This document shows positions 10,101-12,565 of a DNA stretch of 12,565 nt, one piece after another. Source of the stretch: Planctomycetota bacterium. Lineage in GTDB: Bacteria > Planctomycetota > Planctomycetia > Pirellulales > Lacipirellulaceae. The stretch lies in NCBI GenBank assembly GCA_039190745.1, contig JBCCXZ010000090.1:1-12565 (forward strand), written 5' to 3'. Both the position numbers and the translations under genes were made by a program. How positions within the stretch are numbered: the stretch's first letter is position 1; each line of letters begins with the position of its first letter. The notes under the pieces are model-generated. The model worked only from the letters and a program-made list of their open reading frames with translations, was not told the origin of the DNA and did not search any database.

Positions 10101-10754
10101 GGAGACCTTTCTCCAGCGGGGCCGTTGTTTGCGGTCGTTGCCGCGCAGCGGCAGCCATCGGCACGATTCTACCAACTCTCTAGGCAGGGTTCCCGCTCCG
10201 ATTTCTGTGCGCGGTAGAGCAGGTGAAACCAGAGGAGACAATCAGATAACGGCCGTCGTTTTTTGTTGAAAATGGGCCAGTGATTGTGATAAACAGGTAC
10301 GCATGAACACTAAGTGCGAAGCTCGAATCACGAAGCCGGAAGGCTCGTGGAAGTACCAGTCTGCGCCAGCTACCAGGCGCCTGAGAGCCGCCTCGTGCGC
10401 GGGCTGTGCGCTGGACGCCGAAGACATTCGTCACCGGAAAGTCGACGCCTACGAACGTAAACCCGCTTCATTAAGACCGTCCATGGACCCCGAGCACGCA
10501 ACATACAAGGCAATCCCAGACCCCCCGGCCGACAAAACAGCCGACTTTTGGCGTATCGCCGCGTGTACCCGATTCCGTGCCCAAACGACAAAACCCGTCG
10601 AGCGAGCAGCAAGCCGTTTCGGGCTTCGCCATTCGTCATCCGGAACCCACGCCCTGCTAGCACCGTCACCCCGCAGACGTCGATTGCCGATACCAACCAA
10701 AGCCCCCGCCCTGCCCTCCGTCACCCGACCCCTTGCCACCGCCCAGACACGCCC

Positions 10755-11501
10755 ATGGGACGAGTCACCTGCATCGCCAACCAGAAGGGCGGCGTCGGCA
10801 AGACCACCACGGCCATCAACCTCGCCGCAGGCCTCGCCCGCGCCGGCCGGAAGACGCTGCTGGTCGACCTCGACCCGCAGTGCAACGCCACAAGCGGCCT
10901 CGGCCGCCGGCCCGCCGACCGGCACGCACTGGTCACCAGCAAGCCGCTCCGCGAATCACTGCTCGACACCGACGTCCCCGGCCTCGAGCTGCTACCCGGC
11001 TCCCGCAGCTTCCAAGACGTCGACGCCCTCGCCAGCTCTGCCGGCTCGCAGGCCGAACTGCTCGCCACGCACCTCTCCGGCAGCCTCGGCTCGTTCGACG
11101 AAGTACTCATCGATTGCCCCCCTTCCCTCGGCCCGCTCACCCAGGCGGCGCTCGCCAGTGCTAGCGAAGTGCTCATGCCGATTCAATGTGAGTACTTTGC
11201 GATGGAAGGGCTGACTCAAATGATTGAAACCATCAAACGGGTGATCGACCGCGGCGCGAGCCGATTAGAATTCGGCGGCATCCTCCTCACGATGCACGAC
11301 TCCATGCTGGAACTGACAGCAGAGGTCGACCGGGAGGTCCGCGAGTTTTTCGGAGAGATCGTCTTCCAGACCGTGATCCCTAGGGACGTGGCCGTGTCGG
11401 AAGCCCCGAGCCACGGACGCTCGGTGCTCGACCACCAACCCCGTTCCCGCGGAGCACGGGCTTACATAGAGCTATGCCAGGAGGTGCTGCACCGTGTCTA
11501 G
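10755..11501 (+). CDS. parA: Chromosome partitioning ATPase ParA/Soj
   Basis: 248 aa from ATG 10755. Deviant Walker A NQKGGVGKTT, DLDPQCNAT, IDCPPSLG, PIQCEYFAMEGL and EAPSHG. Overlaps parB by 8 nt. Confidence 0.96.
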   Translation: MGRVTCIANQKGGVGKTTTAINLAAGLARAGRKTLLVDLDPQCNATSGLGRRPADRHALVTSKPLRESLLDTDVPGLELLPGSRSFQDVDALASSAGSQAELLATHLSGSLGSFDEVLIDCPPSLGPLTQAALASASEVLMPIQCEYFAMEGLTQMIETIKRVIDRGASRLEFGGILLTMHDSMLELTAEVDREVREFFGEIVFQTVIPRDVAVSEAPSHGRSVLDHQPRSRGARAYIELCQEVLHRV

Positions 11502-12543
11502 GGAAAGACGCTTGGGTCGTGGCCTCGAAGCGCTGCTGGGACGCAGCCTCGAAGCCAATCAGGATTCCATCGACGCCGAACAACCCGCTTCGGCCGAACC
11601 GATGCAGACGAGCGACCGACCCGTGCTGGTGGTCCGCAACCCCGATGACGAGATCGAGGACGGCATCGCCGCAGAAGCTGACGCGACCGACGACCCCATC
11701 ACCCGCGACGCAGAAGGTCAACAGTGGTTGCGGCTCGACCTGATCGACCGCAACCCGTACCAGCCGCGGCAGTCGTTCGACGAGGCGGAGATCGCCGACC
11801 TGTGCGACAGCATCCGCTCGCACGGCTTCTTGCAGCCGATCGTCGTTCGGCCCGAGGCCGACCGGTACCAGCTCATCGCCGGCGAGAGGCGGATGCGGGC
11901 GGCCCAGCTCGCGAGCTGGGAACGCGTTCCGGTGCAGGTCCGCCAGGTCGACGACCGGCAGGTGGCTGAGCTGGCGATCGTGGAGAACGTCCAGCGGAAA
12001 GACCTCAACGCGATCGAGAAGGCCGCTTCCTTCCAACGCTACCTCCAGGAGTACGGCTGCACCCAGGAAGAGCTGGCCGAGCGGGTGAGCGTCGACCGGT
12101 CGACGGTCGCGAACCTGATCCGGCTGTTGGAGCTCCCAGAGAGTGTGAAGCAGATGGTCGTCGAAGGCGCCATCTCGCAGGGCCACGCCCGGGCGCTATT
12201 GCCGCTGGGGGACGAGGCGGAGCAGGAATCGTTCGCCAAGCGGGTGGCGGAGGACTCGCTCTCGGTGCGGGCGACCGAGCAGGCGGTGCAGGAGCACATC
12301 CGCCAAGCCGACGCCGATCCGCTGAGCCTGGTCGGTGCCGATGAGGCGACGGTCGCCAGGAAGGCCGCCGCGAATCAGCTGGCCCACGTCGAGGAATCGT
12401 TGCGGCTGGCCCTGGGTACGAAGGTCGATCTGCGGCAGACTTCGAAGGGTTCGGGGCGGATTACGATCCACTTTAAGAACGCCGAAGAGTTCGAGCGACT
12501 GCGGGACCAGATCGGCGGCGACGCGGCTTTGGAAGCGGCTTAG
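11494..12543 (+). CDS. parB: Chromosome partitioning protein ParB/Spo0J
   Basis: 349 aa, GTG start with GGAGG at 11480-11484. N-terminal LGRGLEALLG, NPYQPR, CTP-binding AGERRMRA, ENVQRKDL, HTH TQEELAERVSVDRSTVANLIRLL, GHARALL and a C-terminal GRITIHF dimerisation region. Confidence 0.97.
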   Translation: MSRERRLGRGLEALLGRSLEANQDSIDAEQPASAEPMQTSDRPVLVVRNPDDEIEDGIAAEADATDDPITRDAEGQQWLRLDLIDRNPYQPRQSFDEAEIADLCDSIRSHGFLQPIVVRPEADRYQLIAGERRMRAAQLASWERVPVQVRQVDDRQVAELAIVENVQRKDLNAIEKAASFQRYLQEYGCTQEELAERVSVDRSTVANLIRLLELPESVKQMVVEGAISQGHARALLPLGDEAEQESFAKRVAEDSLSVRATEQAVQEHIRQADADPLSLVGADEATVARKAAANQLAHVEESLRLALGTKVDLRQTSKGSGRITIHFKNAEEFERLRDQIGGDAALEAA

Positions 12544-12565
12544 GGCGCGGTTCGGTTGCCGGCCC

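Noticed and set aside
10285..10293. DnaA-box-like TGTGATAAA suggesting a classical intergenic oriC
   Set aside because: It is a single box with one mismatch to TTWTNCACA. I found no DnaA-box cluster in the window, and the skew stays C-rich for about 900 bp beyond it.
10303..10754. N-terminal extension of ParA (ORF from 10548) and the 303-aa ORF 10303-11214
   Set aside because: Low-complexity P/R/T/S sequence. Soj homology begins exactly at Met 10755.

Overview
GC-rich bacterial chromosomal window, probably Planctomycetota (inferred from the heptamer repeats, the membrane-protein motif and the dispersed trpF; not confirmed by search). The left part has three minus-strand genes: a truncated GT2 polyprenol-phosphate glycosyltransferase, an NAD-dependent sugar epimerase and an ExeA-like AAA ATPase. 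These are followed on the plus strand by trpF, ahcY (with an intrinsic terminator) and a DUF1015 protein. Next come two tandem stand-alone CBS proteins and two coupled, distantly paralogous membrane proteins on the minus strand, then parA-parB. Three canonical parS palindromes lie 2.2-3.5 kb upstream of parA. Four observations stand out: (1) G/C strand skew flips from C-rich to G-rich inside the co-oriented parAB genes, starting at a 60-bp synonymously AT-rich dyad within parA, a candidate intragenic replication origin; (2) this ParA lacks both arginines used for non-specific DNA binding in B. subtilis Soj; (3) the ahcY leader can fold into a multi-stem RNA that I cannot match to known SAM/SAH riboswitches; (4) two parS sites form an inverted pair 32 bp apart, one overlapping a stop codon.
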